A stretch of 26,404 nucleotides of DNA. Origin: an uncultured Chthoniobacterales bacterium (GTDB lineage: Bacteria; Verrucomicrobiota; Verrucomicrobiia; Chthoniobacterales; UBA10450). Under the pieces are notes generated by a model, which had not been told where the DNA came from, made no database searches, and saw nothing but the letters and a program-made list of their open reading frames with translations. Where the stretch lies: contig CATPAT010000139.1 in assembly GCA_955652155.1 (NCBI GenBank), forward strand, positions 1 to 26,404, in the 5' to 3' direction. Below, one piece after another: positions 7,459 through 16,516 of this stretch (positions within the stretch are counted from its first letter, which is position 1; every line of letters begins with the position of its first letter). The translations under genes were made by a program, and so were the position numbers.

Positions 7459-8109
7459 ATGATCGTGAATTCAAAATTCGTCAGGTGGATTGGATCCTCC
7501 GTTATGATCGCGGCTCTGATTGGCTGCGCTTCAGACAAAAAACCCGCCTGGGTTCGCTTCGCTGAAAAACAACCGAACAAATGGGGGCATTACAGCGGGT
7601 ATGTCGAAGCGCGTTGGGAAAACGACGGGCGCACCATGACTTTGCTAAGCGAACTTCGCTATACTGATCCGGAGGGCGTCGTTTGGATCGCGCCAGCTGG
7701 ATCAGTTGTAGACGGCGCATCGATTCCTCGATCGCTCTGGTCGCTCATGGGCGGGCCGTTTGAAGGCCAATATCGGAACGCTTCGGTGTTGCATGACGTC
7801 GCTTACGACCAGAAGAACCGCCCTCACGAAGTTTGCGACCGGATGTTTTACCACGCGATGCGATGCAGCGGAGTGAGCGCCGTGGAAGCAGGAACAATGT
7901 ACTACGCGCTCCGCAAGTTCGGCCGCCATTGGAAGGCGCCAAAAGCCGAGCCGGTAAAAGTGGGCGACGAAATCGTCGCTCGGCCCGAGGAAGTGCGTCG
8001 GGCGATGCCGGTGAACCGGGGCGATATCAATGCCACTCGCGATTGGATTCGCAATTCTGAGCCGAGCCTGCTGCAAATCGAGCAACGCGCGGACGCCGAA
8101 GGACGCTGA
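7459..8109 (+). CDS. DUF1353-domain lipoprotein
   Basis: Lipobox ALIGC, plus VPAG-like IAPAGSVVDGASIPRSLW, ASVLHDVAY, CDRMFYHAM and MYYALRKFG, which are typical of DUF1353. Confidence 0.8.
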   Translation: MIVNSKFVRWIGSSVMIAALIGCASDKKPAWVRFAEKQPNKWGHYSGYVEARWENDGRTMTLLSELRYTDPEGVVWIAPAGSVVDGASIPRSLWSLMGGPFEGQYRNASVLHDVAYDQKNRPHEVCDRMFYHAMRCSGVSAVEAGTMYYALRKFGRHWKAPKAEPVKVGDEIVARPEEVRRAMPVNRGDINATRDWIRNSEPSLLQIEQRADAEGR

Positions 8110-8110
8110 A

Positions 8111-10579
8111 TTAGTCTTTCCCTTTTCCGTCTGCTCCATCCGCGCTCGCTGGTTTTGCGGCGCCATCCTTTTCCAAAGCGACGGCAAGGACTTCATCGAC
8201 ATTTTCGACCGGAACGAATTTCAGTTTTTGTTTCGCCTCTTCCGGAACATCGATCAGATCTTTTTCGTTCAGTTTCGGAATGATCACGGTCGAGATGCCT
8301 GCGCGCATCGCGGCCAGACTTTTTTCTTTGAGTCCGCCGATTGGCAAAACCAACCCCCGCAAAGTGATTTCGCCTGTCATCGCGACGTCCGGTCGCACCG
8401 GCGTATTGGTGAAGAGCGAAGCAAGCGCGGTGAACATAGCGATGCCGGCGGACGGTCCATCTTTCGGCACCGCGCCGGCGGGAACGTGCACGTGAATGTC
8501 CATGTCCCGAAAGTCTTCCGGTTTTACGCCGATCTCGCCGTCACGGCTGCGGACAAGGCTGAGTGCGGCTTGGACCGATTCTTTCATCACTTCGCCAATG
8601 TGACCGGTGAGGGTGACGTTTCCCTTGCCCGGATAACGAGTCGCTTCAATGTGCAACACTTCGCCACCGGCCGGTGTGTAAGCCAGGCCGGTGACGACAC
8701 CCGGTTTGCTCGTTTTCAATCTTGTTTCCCGGACGTACTTGGCGGGTCCCAGCATTTGGGCCACTAATTGCGGCGTGACCGTCACGTGCTCCGTCTTGCC
8801 GCGGGCAACGCGCGACGCGATCCCACGACAAATCGCTCCGATCTGGCGCTCGAGCTCCCGCACGCCGGCTTCGTGGGTGTAATCGTTGATGATTTGCCGA
8901 AGCGCGTCGTCCTGCCACTCGCACTGTTCAGGCTTCAATCCATTTTCTTCCATCTGCCTCCGGACCAAATAGCGTTTCGCAATCTCAAGTTTTTCGCGCT
9001 CGGTGTAACCCGGCAACGAAATCACTTCCATCCGGTCGCGCATCGGTTCGGGCACGCCTTCGATGTAATTCGCGGTCGCGATGAAGATGATTTGCGACAA
9101 ATCGAATGGCACATCGAGGTAGCGATCGACAAAAGTGTTGTTTTGTCGCGGATCGAGAACTTCGAGCAGGGCGCTCGCCGGATCGCCGCGAAAATCGGCG
9201 CCGATTTTGTCGATCTCGTCGAGCATGAAAACCGGATTGCGTGTTCCAGCGCGGCGCAACTCCTGAATGATGCGTCCCGGCATTGAGCCGATGTAGGTGC
9301 GTCGATGTCCGCGAATTTCCGCTTCGTCCCGCATTCCACCGAGACTGATCCGGACAAATTTGCGACCGAGCGCGTCCGCGATCGATTGCCCAAGACTTGT
9401 TTTGCCCACTCCGGGCGGTCCGAGAAAACACAAGATGGGGCCGTGTCCGGTTGGATTGAGTTTGCGCACGGCCAGATATTCGATCAGCCGCTTTTTCACT
9501 TTCTCGAGGTCGTAATGGTCACGATCGAGAATTTGCTGGGCTTGATCGAGATCGAGATTGTCCTGGCTTAATCTGTTCCAGGGCAGATCGGCGACAATCT
9601 CGATGTAACTGACGATGACGGAAAATTCGGGACTGGCCGGTGGAATGAAATCGAGCCGTTTCAATTCGCGCTCCGCTTGCTTCATCACTTCGGGCGGCGG
9701 CTTGGCCTCCTCGAGTCGCTGCCGCAATTGTTCCATTTGCTCTTCGCTACCGGTTTCGGTTTCACCGAGCTCGTGCTGGATCGCTTTGATCTGCGAACGC
9801 AAATAGGCGCGACGTTGTGCGTCGGAAAATTGAGACGCGACGTCCTTCTGCAATTTTTCCTGGATCTGCGCGATCTCGAGTTGCGCCGAGATGTGCTTCT
9901 GGACTGCGTGCAATCGTTTCTCGACGTCGGCTTCTTCGAGCAATGCCTGCTTTTGCCCGACATCGATATTCAAATTCGGCGCCAGAAAATCCGCGAGTTG
10001 TTCCGGAGTGGCGATGTTCAGAATCATCAAGCGCGCTTGCTCTGGCGCTTCCGGAGTCAGCTCGAACAATCTCGCGGCCGAATCGCGCAGATTCCGAAAC
10101 GTCGCTTTCCACTCCTTGCTCTCGGGTGGCGAAATGGATTTTACCAGGTCGACTTCCGCGCGAATAAATGGCGAAGTCGCGACGATTTTGCGCAACGTAA
10201 ATCGACTGAGGCCCTGGGCGATGATGAGCAAATGATCGTCAGCCTGGCGAATCATTTTGAGCACCAGCGCCGCGGTGCCGACGTGGTAAAGGTCCTGAGG
10301 TTCCGGGTCTTCCTTTGTCTCGTCGCGCTGCGTCAAAAGACCGATCACTTTTGTGCGCGGCAACGTTTCGTCGAGCAATTGAATCGAAGCCGGTCGCCGG
10401 ACATTGAGCGGCACAATCGTTCCCGGAAAAACAACGAACCCGCGCACCGGCAAAATCGACAATTCCTCCGGAATCTGTGGGACACGGCTTTCGTCGGTCA
10501 CGTCCGCGGCAATTGTCGGACCGGTGTTGGATTTCATTTCCAGTTCGGCCGGCACGGCGATTTGTTCTTCGTTCATCAT
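8111..10579 (-). CDS. lon: ATP-dependent protease La
   Basis: LON N-domain (VVFPG), Walker A GPPGVGKTS, Walker B FMLDEIDK, catalytic Ser in PKDGPSAG and Lys in IGGLKEK. True start is ATG 10579, overlapping the hsp20 stop (ATGA), not 10843. Confidence 0.97.
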   Translation of the reverse strand: MMNEEQIAVPAELEMKSNTGPTIAADVTDESRVPQIPEELSILPVRGFVVFPGTIVPLNVRRPASIQLLDETLPRTKVIGLLTQRDETKEDPEPQDLYHVGTAALVLKMIRQADDHLLIIAQGLSRFTLRKIVATSPFIRAEVDLVKSISPPESKEWKATFRNLRDSAARLFELTPEAPEQARLMILNIATPEQLADFLAPNLNIDVGQKQALLEEADVEKRLHAVQKHISAQLEIAQIQEKLQKDVASQFSDAQRRAYLRSQIKAIQHELGETETGSEEQMEQLRQRLEEAKPPPEVMKQAERELKRLDFIPPASPEFSVIVSYIEIVADLPWNRLSQDNLDLDQAQQILDRDHYDLEKVKKRLIEYLAVRKLNPTGHGPILCFLGPPGVGKTSLGQSIADALGRKFVRISLGGMRDEAEIRGHRRTYIGSMPGRIIQELRRAGTRNPVFMLDEIDKIGADFRGDPASALLEVLDPRQNNTFVDRYLDVPFDLSQIIFIATANYIEGVPEPMRDRMEVISLPGYTEREKLEIAKRYLVRRQMEENGLKPEQCEWQDDALRQIINDYTHEAGVRELERQIGAICRGIASRVARGKTEHVTVTPQLVAQMLGPAKYVRETRLKTSKPGVVTGLAYTPAGGEVLHIEATRYPGKGNVTLTGHIGEVMKESVQAALSLVRSRDGEIGVKPEDFRDMDIHVHVPAGAVPKDGPSAGIAMFTALASLFTNTPVRPDVAMTGEITLRGLVLPIGGLKEKSLAAMRAGISTVIIPKLNEKDLIDVPEEAKQKLKFVPVENVDEVLAVALEKDGAAKPASADGADGKGKD

Positions 10580-10980
10580 TGTTTTAGCGGCAGCGAAATC
10601 CAGAGCAACCCGTTGCGTTGTTCGGCCCTGGCTTGATCGACCTCTACTTCGGCTGGCAATGCGACCTCGCGCTCGAACGGTCCGTAATCGATTTCCATCG
10701 CCAGCAAGCGCACCGCTCGGCCTTCGGCGCGCGTCGGTTCCGGCAGCTCCCGCGCCCCGCGAATCAGAACGCGCTGCGGCTCGACGATGAGATCGATTTG
10801 CGATCGTTCGACCCCGGCGAGATCGACACAGATCCGAACGCATTTTTCGCAGCGGTAAGCATTGATTGCGGGCTCCCAGGTGTGGGGCCCGAATTGAAAT
10901 TGTGAACGCGCCAGCTCGTAAGTGACGTCATGCAACGCGCCGTGGAGCCAACGCAATTTAATGCTGCCGATCGGGTCCAT
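10576..10980 (-). CDS. Hsp20/alpha-crystallin small heat-shock protein
   Basis: WEPAINAY, VDLAGV, IDYGPFEREVALP, NGLLWISLP. Confidence 0.88.
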   Translation of the reverse strand: MDPIGSIKLRWLHGALHDVTYELARSQFQFGPHTWEPAINAYRCEKCVRICVDLAGVERSQIDLIVEPQRVLIRGARELPEPTRAEGRAVRLLAMEIDYGPFEREVALPAEVEVDQARAEQRNGLLWISLPLKQ

Positions 10981-11045
10981 TTCAAAAGTGATCTGCCTCT
11001 AAATAAACTACGCGGAAGGCGCGCTCCGCGCGTGCCTCTTTCGAG

Positions 11046-11082
11046 GTACCGCAGTGCAAACCGCTCGCAGACACGCGGCTAC
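11046..11082 (-). repeat. GTAG-type REP-like hairpin
   Basis: Minus strand GTAGCCGCG...TGCGGTAC imperfect stem with inner TGCGA/TTGCA pairing, in the hsp20 upstream region. Confidence 0.45.
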
Positions 11083-11095
11083 ACCCTCAATTGTT

Positions 11096-11109
11096 CGATG
11101 TCGATCTTA
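11096..11109 (-). repeat. Dispersed motif TAAGATCGACATCG, exact 14-mer copy
   Basis: 12 nt after the amidohydrolase stop, on the sense strand. Confidence 0.75.
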
Positions 11110-11121
11110 CGCCGCAGGGTC

Positions 11122-12798
11122 TCAGCGCACTTTGCCGGGACCCCACAACGCACGTCCAGGTTTCGCGCCGGTGTGTTCGCCGTCCTTGATCACTTGGGCG
11201 CCGTTCACAAAAACATCCTTCACGCCAGTCGCGTATTGCTGCGGCTTTTCGAATGTCGCGTGATCGGCGATGGTCGCCGGATCAAACACGACCACGTCGG
11301 CGAACATTCCTTCTTTCAAAAATCCGCGATGATCGAGCCCGAGATTGGTTGCGGGTAACGCGCTCAATCTTCGAATCGCTTCCGGTAGCGCGATCATTTT
11401 TTCGTCGCGGACATATTTGCCGAGGACGCGCGCGAAATTTCCGTAGGCCCGCGGATGCGGATTCGATTTCAGGAAAACGCCTTCCGGCGCTTGTGACGCC
11501 TCATCGGAGCCGAACGAAATCCACGGCTTCGCGATTTCCTTCTTTACGTTTTCTTCCGACATCATGAAATAAACGGCGCCGATGCGCGATTCATCTTCGG
11601 CGACGAGGTCCATCGCGGTGTCGATCGGATCTTTACCGCGCATCTTTGCGACTTCGGCGAGCGATTTGCCGGTGAGCGGTTTTAGTTTTTCCGATTTGAA
11701 GCCAACGAGGATGATGCGATCCGGCGAACCGGCGGAGAGGTACAGATTTTCCCATTTGTCGCTGTCGATTTTGACTTCGGCTTTGATTCTTTCGCGTGTG
11801 GCCGGATCGCGCAGCCGTTTGAAGAGGGCTGGATAACCGCCGTCCTCGGTCCATGGCGGGAAACAGGCATCGAGTCCGGTTCCGCCGGCGGTATAGGTGT
11901 ACATGTTCGCGCGAATGTTGAGCCCTTCCTTCTGCGCTGACTCGATCCGTGAAAGGAGATTGTCGATTTTGCCCCAGTTTTTCTGGCCGGCGGCTTTGAT
12001 GTGATAAACCTCCGCCGGAATTCCGGCTTCGCGACTGATCCGGAGCAACTCGTCGAATGCTTCGAGCAATTGGTTTCCTTCGCTCCGCATGTGCGAGATG
12101 TATTTGCCTTTGTATTTGGCGGCGACTTTGCAGAGTTCGATCAATTCATCCGTCTTCGCGTAAAATGCCGGCGGATAAATCAATGACGTCCCGATGCCGA
12201 GCGCGCCTGCTTCCATTTCTTTGCGGACGAGCTCGCGCATTTGATCAAGCTCCTGCGGTGTCGGCGGGCGATCGTCAAAGCCGATAACATTCTGGCGAAT
12301 GGTGGTCGCGCCGATAAATGACGCGACGTTGCAGGAAATGCCGCGCTTCTCCAGAAACTGGAGATACTCCGTCAGCGTCTTCCATGTAATGTCGTATTTA
12401 ACGTCGGCCTGCTGCTTCAGCATGAATTCACGAACACGATCGTTCATCGGCCCCATCGATTCGCCTTCGCCCATGATCTCGGTGGTCACGCCCTGACGAA
12501 TTTCGCTTTGCGAGCGGCCATCCTGGATCAGCGATTCCGTTGACCACGACAGCATGTTGATAAACCCGGGTGCGACCGCCAGCCCGCGCGCATCGATAAC
12601 CGTTTTCGCCTTTGCGTTTTTGTAATCGCCCGCCCCTGCGATGCGATCGCCGCGAATGGCAAGATCGACATGTTGCGCTTCGCCGCCGGTACCATTGTAA
12701 ACGGCGCCATTCGTAATAATGACATCGAAGTCGGCGGCAATGATAGAGACGCTTGTCGCCGCCAGGAGTAAGCTGAAACAGAAAATTGCGCGCTTCAT
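11122..12798 (-). CDS. Exported N-acyl-D-amino-acid deacylase (D-aminoacylase)-like amidohydrolase
   Basis: Signal peptide, DVIITNGAVYNGTG, VAPGFI, GVTTE, SHMR, VYHIK, GSD, HPRAYGNFARVLG, DRGFLKEGMFADVVVFDP-type C-terminus. Confidence 0.88.
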   Translation of the reverse strand: MKRAIFCFSLLLAATSVSIIAADFDVIITNGAVYNGTGGEAQHVDLAIRGDRIAGAGDYKNAKAKTVIDARGLAVAPGFINMLSWSTESLIQDGRSQSEIRQGVTTEIMGEGESMGPMNDRVREFMLKQQADVKYDITWKTLTEYLQFLEKRGISCNVASFIGATTIRQNVIGFDDRPPTPQELDQMRELVRKEMEAGALGIGTSLIYPPAFYAKTDELIELCKVAAKYKGKYISHMRSEGNQLLEAFDELLRISREAGIPAEVYHIKAAGQKNWGKIDNLLSRIESAQKEGLNIRANMYTYTAGGTGLDACFPPWTEDGGYPALFKRLRDPATRERIKAEVKIDSDKWENLYLSAGSPDRIILVGFKSEKLKPLTGKSLAEVAKMRGKDPIDTAMDLVAEDESRIGAVYFMMSEENVKKEIAKPWISFGSDEASQAPEGVFLKSNPHPRAYGNFARVLGKYVRDEKMIALPEAIRRLSALPATNLGLDHRGFLKEGMFADVVVFDPATIADHATFEKPQQYATGVKDVFVNGAQVIKDGEHTGAKPGRALWGPGKVR

Positions 12799-12824
12799 TG
12801 CGCGATTGAAAAAGCGCGATCAGT

Positions 12825-12838
12825 CGATGTCGATCTTA
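12825..12838 (-). repeat. Dispersed motif TAAGATCGACATCG, exact 14-mer copy
   Basis: 15 nt after the DUF6428-like stop. It also reads TCGACA-N17-TTCAAT-N6-ATG(12798). Confidence 0.75.
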
Positions 12839-12853
12839 AAACTCGAGCTTAGC

Positions 12854-13333
12854 TCAAGTCGAACAGCATGGCGCAGTCGCATTTGCGCAGCATGAGTCTG
12901 TTTTTAAAAGCGCAATTCTACGGTCGCGCACTTTGCAGATCGTGGCCGGCGGTACCAGCGACACGCGGGTGACGCCTTGCTGTTGGGCGACCGCTTCGAC
13001 GTGATATGTCGATGGAAAGAAATTATCGTCGCCGTACTCGACTCGAATTTCCGAGTCCAAATTGAGCGGGATCATGCCGCCGACTTTGTCGAAAATTTTC
13101 AGGAACTTCCCGACGGTCATGTAATCGGGATCCGGATCGGAAGGCACCCAGAGTTGCGCGATCGTTTCCTGCCACTGATTCGTCTGACCGCCGCAATCAA
13201 CTGTGTGCAACCATACCGCCTTCAATTCGGTCAGATGATAGCTGCGGTGAACGGCGTGGCCGTCAAGATCGACAAAGATCAACAGATTGCTTGGCGCGTC
13301 ACGCAGTTCCGAAATGAATTTGCCGGTTTTCAT
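12854..13333 (-). CDS. DUF6428-like protein with a Cys-rich tail
   Basis: YHLTELK, VDCGG and QLWV motifs, C-terminal SCCANATAPCCST. ATGA overlap with arsR. Confidence 0.75.
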   Translation of the reverse strand: MKTGKFISELRDAPSNLLIFVDLDGHAVHRSYHLTELKAVWLHTVDCGGQTNQWQETIAQLWVPSDPDPDYMTVGKFLKIFDKVGGMIPLNLDSEIRVEYGDDNFFPSTYHVEAVAQQQGVTRVSLVPPATICKVRDRRIALLKTDSCCANATAPCCST

Positions 13334-13701
13334 TTACTGAAGGTTGCCTTTCTTCGGCCGACTCGGCAGCAGACCTCCCCGCGCCGGCGTCGCTCCCCGT
13401 TCATGGTGTTGTCTTTCGCCATCCACTGTTGCAGGCCTAGCAGAACATGGCGCACCAGGGGATCGGCCTGTTCCGCCCAGCGATAATGCGTCCATTTGCC
13501 GTTACGGCGCGCCTCTACCAATCCGGCCCGCTTCAAGTGAGCAAGATGTCGCGACACTTTAGGCTGCACCACGCGGAGAGTACTGGTTAGTTCGCAAACA
13601 CAGGTTTCCCCACAGGCGAGGAGATTGAGCAAACGCAGCCGGGTTGGATCGGCCAACGTTTTGAAAAGAAAAGCCGGCCGGCTCTTACTCTTTCGTTTCA
13701 T
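13330..13701 (-). CDS. arsR: ArsR/SmtB family metalloregulator
   Basis: FKTLADPTRLRLLNLL, CVCEL, QPKVSRHLAHLKRAGLV, RRNGKWTHY, and a C-terminal VCC. Confidence 0.92.
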   Translation of the reverse strand: MKRKSKSRPAFLFKTLADPTRLRLLNLLACGETCVCELTSTLRVVQPKVSRHLAHLKRAGLVEARRNGKWTHYRWAEQADPLVRHVLLGLQQWMAKDNTMNGERRRRGEVCCRVGRRKATFSK

Positions 13702-13709
13702 CGTCCATT

Positions 13710-13739
13710 AATATATACGTTTATCCGTATATGTGTCAA
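13710..13739 (-). promoter_or_regulatory. Sigma70 promoter with an overlapping inverted-repeat operator (likely ArsR site)
   Basis: TTGACA (13739-13734)-N18-TATATT (13715-13710). Perfect IR ATATACG-N6-CGTATAT (13713-13732) in an AT-rich patch. Confidence 0.8.
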
Positions 13740-13798
13740 TCGGCAACAGACACTGGCCAGGCTTTCTCTAGCGAATCGATTTTACGGTAAGGCAGCGA

Positions 13799-14884
13799 CT
13801 ATTTCGCCGAGTCCTTGAGCAGCTGCACCAATTCATCCTTCCAGAGCGCCGCAATCGTGTGGCTGCCGTGGCCGCGCGTTTTGTCGCTGAGTGGAATGAC
13901 CATGGCGCGACCGTGCGGAACGCGCTTAATTTCCCGCTCGAGAATTCCAAGGTCTGGTGGATTGATCAGATCGTCGGCCGAATTGATTGCGAGCAACGGG
14001 GCCCGAATTTTTTCCAGGTTCGAGCCAGGATCGTAATCGTGCGATGCTTCCAGCGCATAGAGAACATCGTTCGCGTCCTCTACTTTCACGATTTGCTCGA
14101 CGAATTTGTCGAGCACTTCGTCAGTCTTCGCGAGTGTGGGCGCTTCTTTTTGGCGCAGGACCGGATTGCTGCTCATGAACCAGAGCATCTCAGCAGCGGT
14201 GCGCAGACTCGGCGGTTGTCCCGCGGCCGCGGGATATTCGCCGCCGTTCCAAGCCGGATCGTTCCGAATCGCGTCAATGATGATGCGCCGCCAGGCGCGA
14301 TTGCGGCCGGAAATTTGGGTCGGCAAACTGGCCAGCGGCATGAGGGCGTCCATGAACTCGGGATGCGATTCACCCCAAAGCCAGGTGTGCATTCCGCCCA
14401 TTGACGTGCCCATGACCAGCCGCGCGTGATTGACGCCGAGTCCGTCGATTAACAATCGATACTGCGCTTCGACCATGTCGATGTAACCGTAGCGCGGAAA
14501 CTTCGCGTGCATGCCATCGCTCGGTTTGCTCGATTTGCCGTGGCCGATTCCGTCCGGGAGCACGACAAAAAACTTCGTCGCATCGAGGGGCTGATCTTTT
14601 CCGAAAAGTTCACCGGCAAATTCCGGGCGGATAAATTGTGCGCCGGTGCCAGTGGTCCCGTGCATGATGAGAACGGCGTTGCGCGTTTTGCCCTGGGCGT
14701 CTTTGTCGATCTTGCCGAGAGTTCGACAATGGATTCGCAACTCGGGCAGAGTTTCACCTGAGGCAAACTTGAAGTCACGAATCGTGTAATCGCCTTCCGT
14801 CGAGGTGGGATAATCGGCTGCGGCCAGCGTGCCAGTCGCAGTGATCAGGGAAAGGCATGCGAACGTTCGGATTCTCGGAATCAT
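13799..14884 (-). CDS. Exported alpha/beta hydrolase, homoserine O-acetyltransferase (MetX)-like family
   Basis: MHGTTG, PDGIGHGKSS, nucleophile GTSMGG, acid INSADD, and His in GHGSH. Signal peptide from ATG 14884, 1 nt after the upstream stop. Confidence 0.85.
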   Translation of the reverse strand: MIPRIRTFACLSLITATGTLAAADYPTSTEGDYTIRDFKFASGETLPELRIHCRTLGKIDKDAQGKTRNAVLIMHGTTGTGAQFIRPEFAGELFGKDQPLDATKFFVVLPDGIGHGKSSKPSDGMHAKFPRYGYIDMVEAQYRLLIDGLGVNHARLVMGTSMGGMHTWLWGESHPEFMDALMPLASLPTQISGRNRAWRRIIIDAIRNDPAWNGGEYPAAAGQPPSLRTAAEMLWFMSSNPVLRQKEAPTLAKTDEVLDKFVEQIVKVEDANDVLYALEASHDYDPGSNLEKIRAPLLAINSADDLINPPDLGILEREIKRVPHGRAMVIPLSDKTRGHGSHTIAALWKDELVQLLKDSAK

Positions 14885-14885
14885 C

Positions 14886-15511
14886 TTAATGGTGTTGCCG
14901 CTCGGCCTGAATTTGTTTGAGCAGCTGGGTGTGGGTTCTTTCGAGGTCGTGAGCAAATTTCACAGTTGCCTGGAGAGCTTCGGGATACATCTCGAAGCGT
15001 TTTCGCAATTTCTTGGTCGCCGGATCGTAAAAGAAGGAAACGTCCTGGTCGAGATTCGGTACGATTAGCTCGTCGCTGAGGTTCTGATAATGCGCCATGC
15101 GGCTCAGCCCCAGCGGATAACCGATTCGTCGTTGCGCAACGCGGTGAGCGTCTCCACATCGAGCAGCTCGATGCCGCCGGATTGAAGCAGGGTGGCGAGG
15201 TCGGTCGGAGTGTAGTCGGTCGTGAAAACAAACGAATGCAACCGGGGCATCTCGCCGGCGTCGAGCGCTTGCTGAAATTCCGCGGCTTGCCGTTCTTCTT
15301 GTGCGCCGTTAATTTTCCCGCTCTCAATTCCATCGCGCAGCGTTTGCTCGATCGATGCCAGGATCTGGTCGCGCCGTTTCGCCTCCTGGAGATGCGGCTG
15401 ATAATTGTTCAGCCAGAAAGCGGCATAAACGCCGACGAAAACGAGGAGCAATTCAGCCATCCAACGGCCAAGCCTCCAGAGATACGAAGCCTTTTCGTTC
15501 GTCTCGCTCAT
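14886..15511 (-). pseudogene. Single membrane-anchored hypothetical gene (DUF6090-like N-terminus) split by a 1-nt deletion
   Basis: ORFs 15104-15511 and 14886-15098 join as ...IRWG-LSR-MAHYQ... if one G is added to the GGGG run at 15108-15111 (minus strand). Confidence 0.65.
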
Positions 15512-15593
15512 GATTCAATTTGGATGGTGCAATCGTCTAACATTATCCGCACGCCGATTCCAGCGACTTGACAGGATTCGTCTATTGGGATGA

Positions 15594-16406
15594 ATGATTG
15601 CCGCTCCAAATAGGGAACCCGTGCAAAATTCGTGGTCGCTTTCAAGCTTAACTGAGTTCGTCGCCGACTCGGTGCGAAACGCGCGTGAGGGCGGCGTTCC
15701 GTTTTATCATTTAGAGTTCGATCGCGTTTTCCCGTCCGACTTTTACGCGGAGATGTTGCGCACGATGCCGGACGAGAACGATTACCGGCCGATGTCGGGC
15801 AAAAGCAAGGTGGGAAGCAGCCGGCCGGATGGAAAACCGACCCGAACCAAGATTGATTTGTTTCCGGAATACATTCGCCATTTGCTGCCGGAAAAATTTG
15901 TAGTTTGGGACGTGGTTGGGCGCGTTCTACGTTCGGACGAAGTAAAAGCCGCGTTAATTCGCCAGCTCGCGCCAGGTTTGAAGCGACGCTTTGGAGAGAA
16001 TTTCGCCAGCGTCGGGATGTACCCGGTGCCAATTCTGACCCGCGACATTCCGGGCTACCGTGTTTTCAAGCACACCGACAGTCTTTGGAAAGGAATCACG
16101 GTTCAGCTTTACCTGCCGTCCGACAATTCCCATACGCATATCGGCACGATTTTTCACGAAGAATTGCCGGACGGGAGCAAACCGAAAAGAACGCAAATGC
16201 CATTCGTGCCAAACACCGGTTATGCCTTTGCCGTCTGGAATGACACCTGGCATTCGGCCAAGCCGGTCGGACCAGAGGTGAAAACGCGCGACAGCATTCT
16301 TCTGACCTATTTCGTGGATCGCGGCATTTGGAGAACTTTGCGGAACCGCGGGCGACGAATCGGCAATTTTTTTCTGAACGAGCTGCGGAGTTTAAAGCGC
16401 AGTTGA
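15594..16406 (+). CDS. 2OG-Fe(II) oxygenase superfamily protein
   Basis: HxD (KHTD), distal His (TWHS), 2OG-binding Arg (TRDSI), and ITVQLYLP. Perfect TTGACA at 15568-15573 upstream. The start is uncertain. Confidence 0.8.
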   Translation: MIAAPNREPVQNSWSLSSLTEFVADSVRNAREGGVPFYHLEFDRVFPSDFYAEMLRTMPDENDYRPMSGKSKVGSSRPDGKPTRTKIDLFPEYIRHLLPEKFVVWDVVGRVLRSDEVKAALIRQLAPGLKRRFGENFASVGMYPVPILTRDIPGYRVFKHTDSLWKGITVQLYLPSDNSHTHIGTIFHEELPDGSKPKRTQMPFVPNTGYAFAVWNDTWHSAKPVGPEVKTRDSILLTYFVDRGIWRTLRNRGRRIGNFFLNELRSLKRS

Positions 16407-16516
16407 GTTACCAGGTCACGCTGGCGTTGCCCGCAGAATCGGTGGTCGCGCTGCGTCCGACGAGCCGTATTGATTGAAAAGACGCGAAACGCGGCGTGGC
16501 GCGCTTGGATCGATAA

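Noticed and set aside
7459-8109. DUF1353 as evidence of a prophage
   Set aside because: It carries a lipoprotein signal and follows resB by 9 nt, and no phage genes are nearby.
8030-10636. Long antisense ORFs opposite lon (and similar ones at 24227-24838, 25620-26354, 1452-2171, 3195-3929)
   Set aside because: Shadow ORFs expected from GC-rich codon bias opposite conserved genes; no recognisable motifs.
10580-10843. 88-aa N-terminal extension of Lon in the ORF track
   Set aside because: It overlaps hsp20 in another frame and is Arg/Ala-rich junk. The ATGA-coupled start at 10579 is better.
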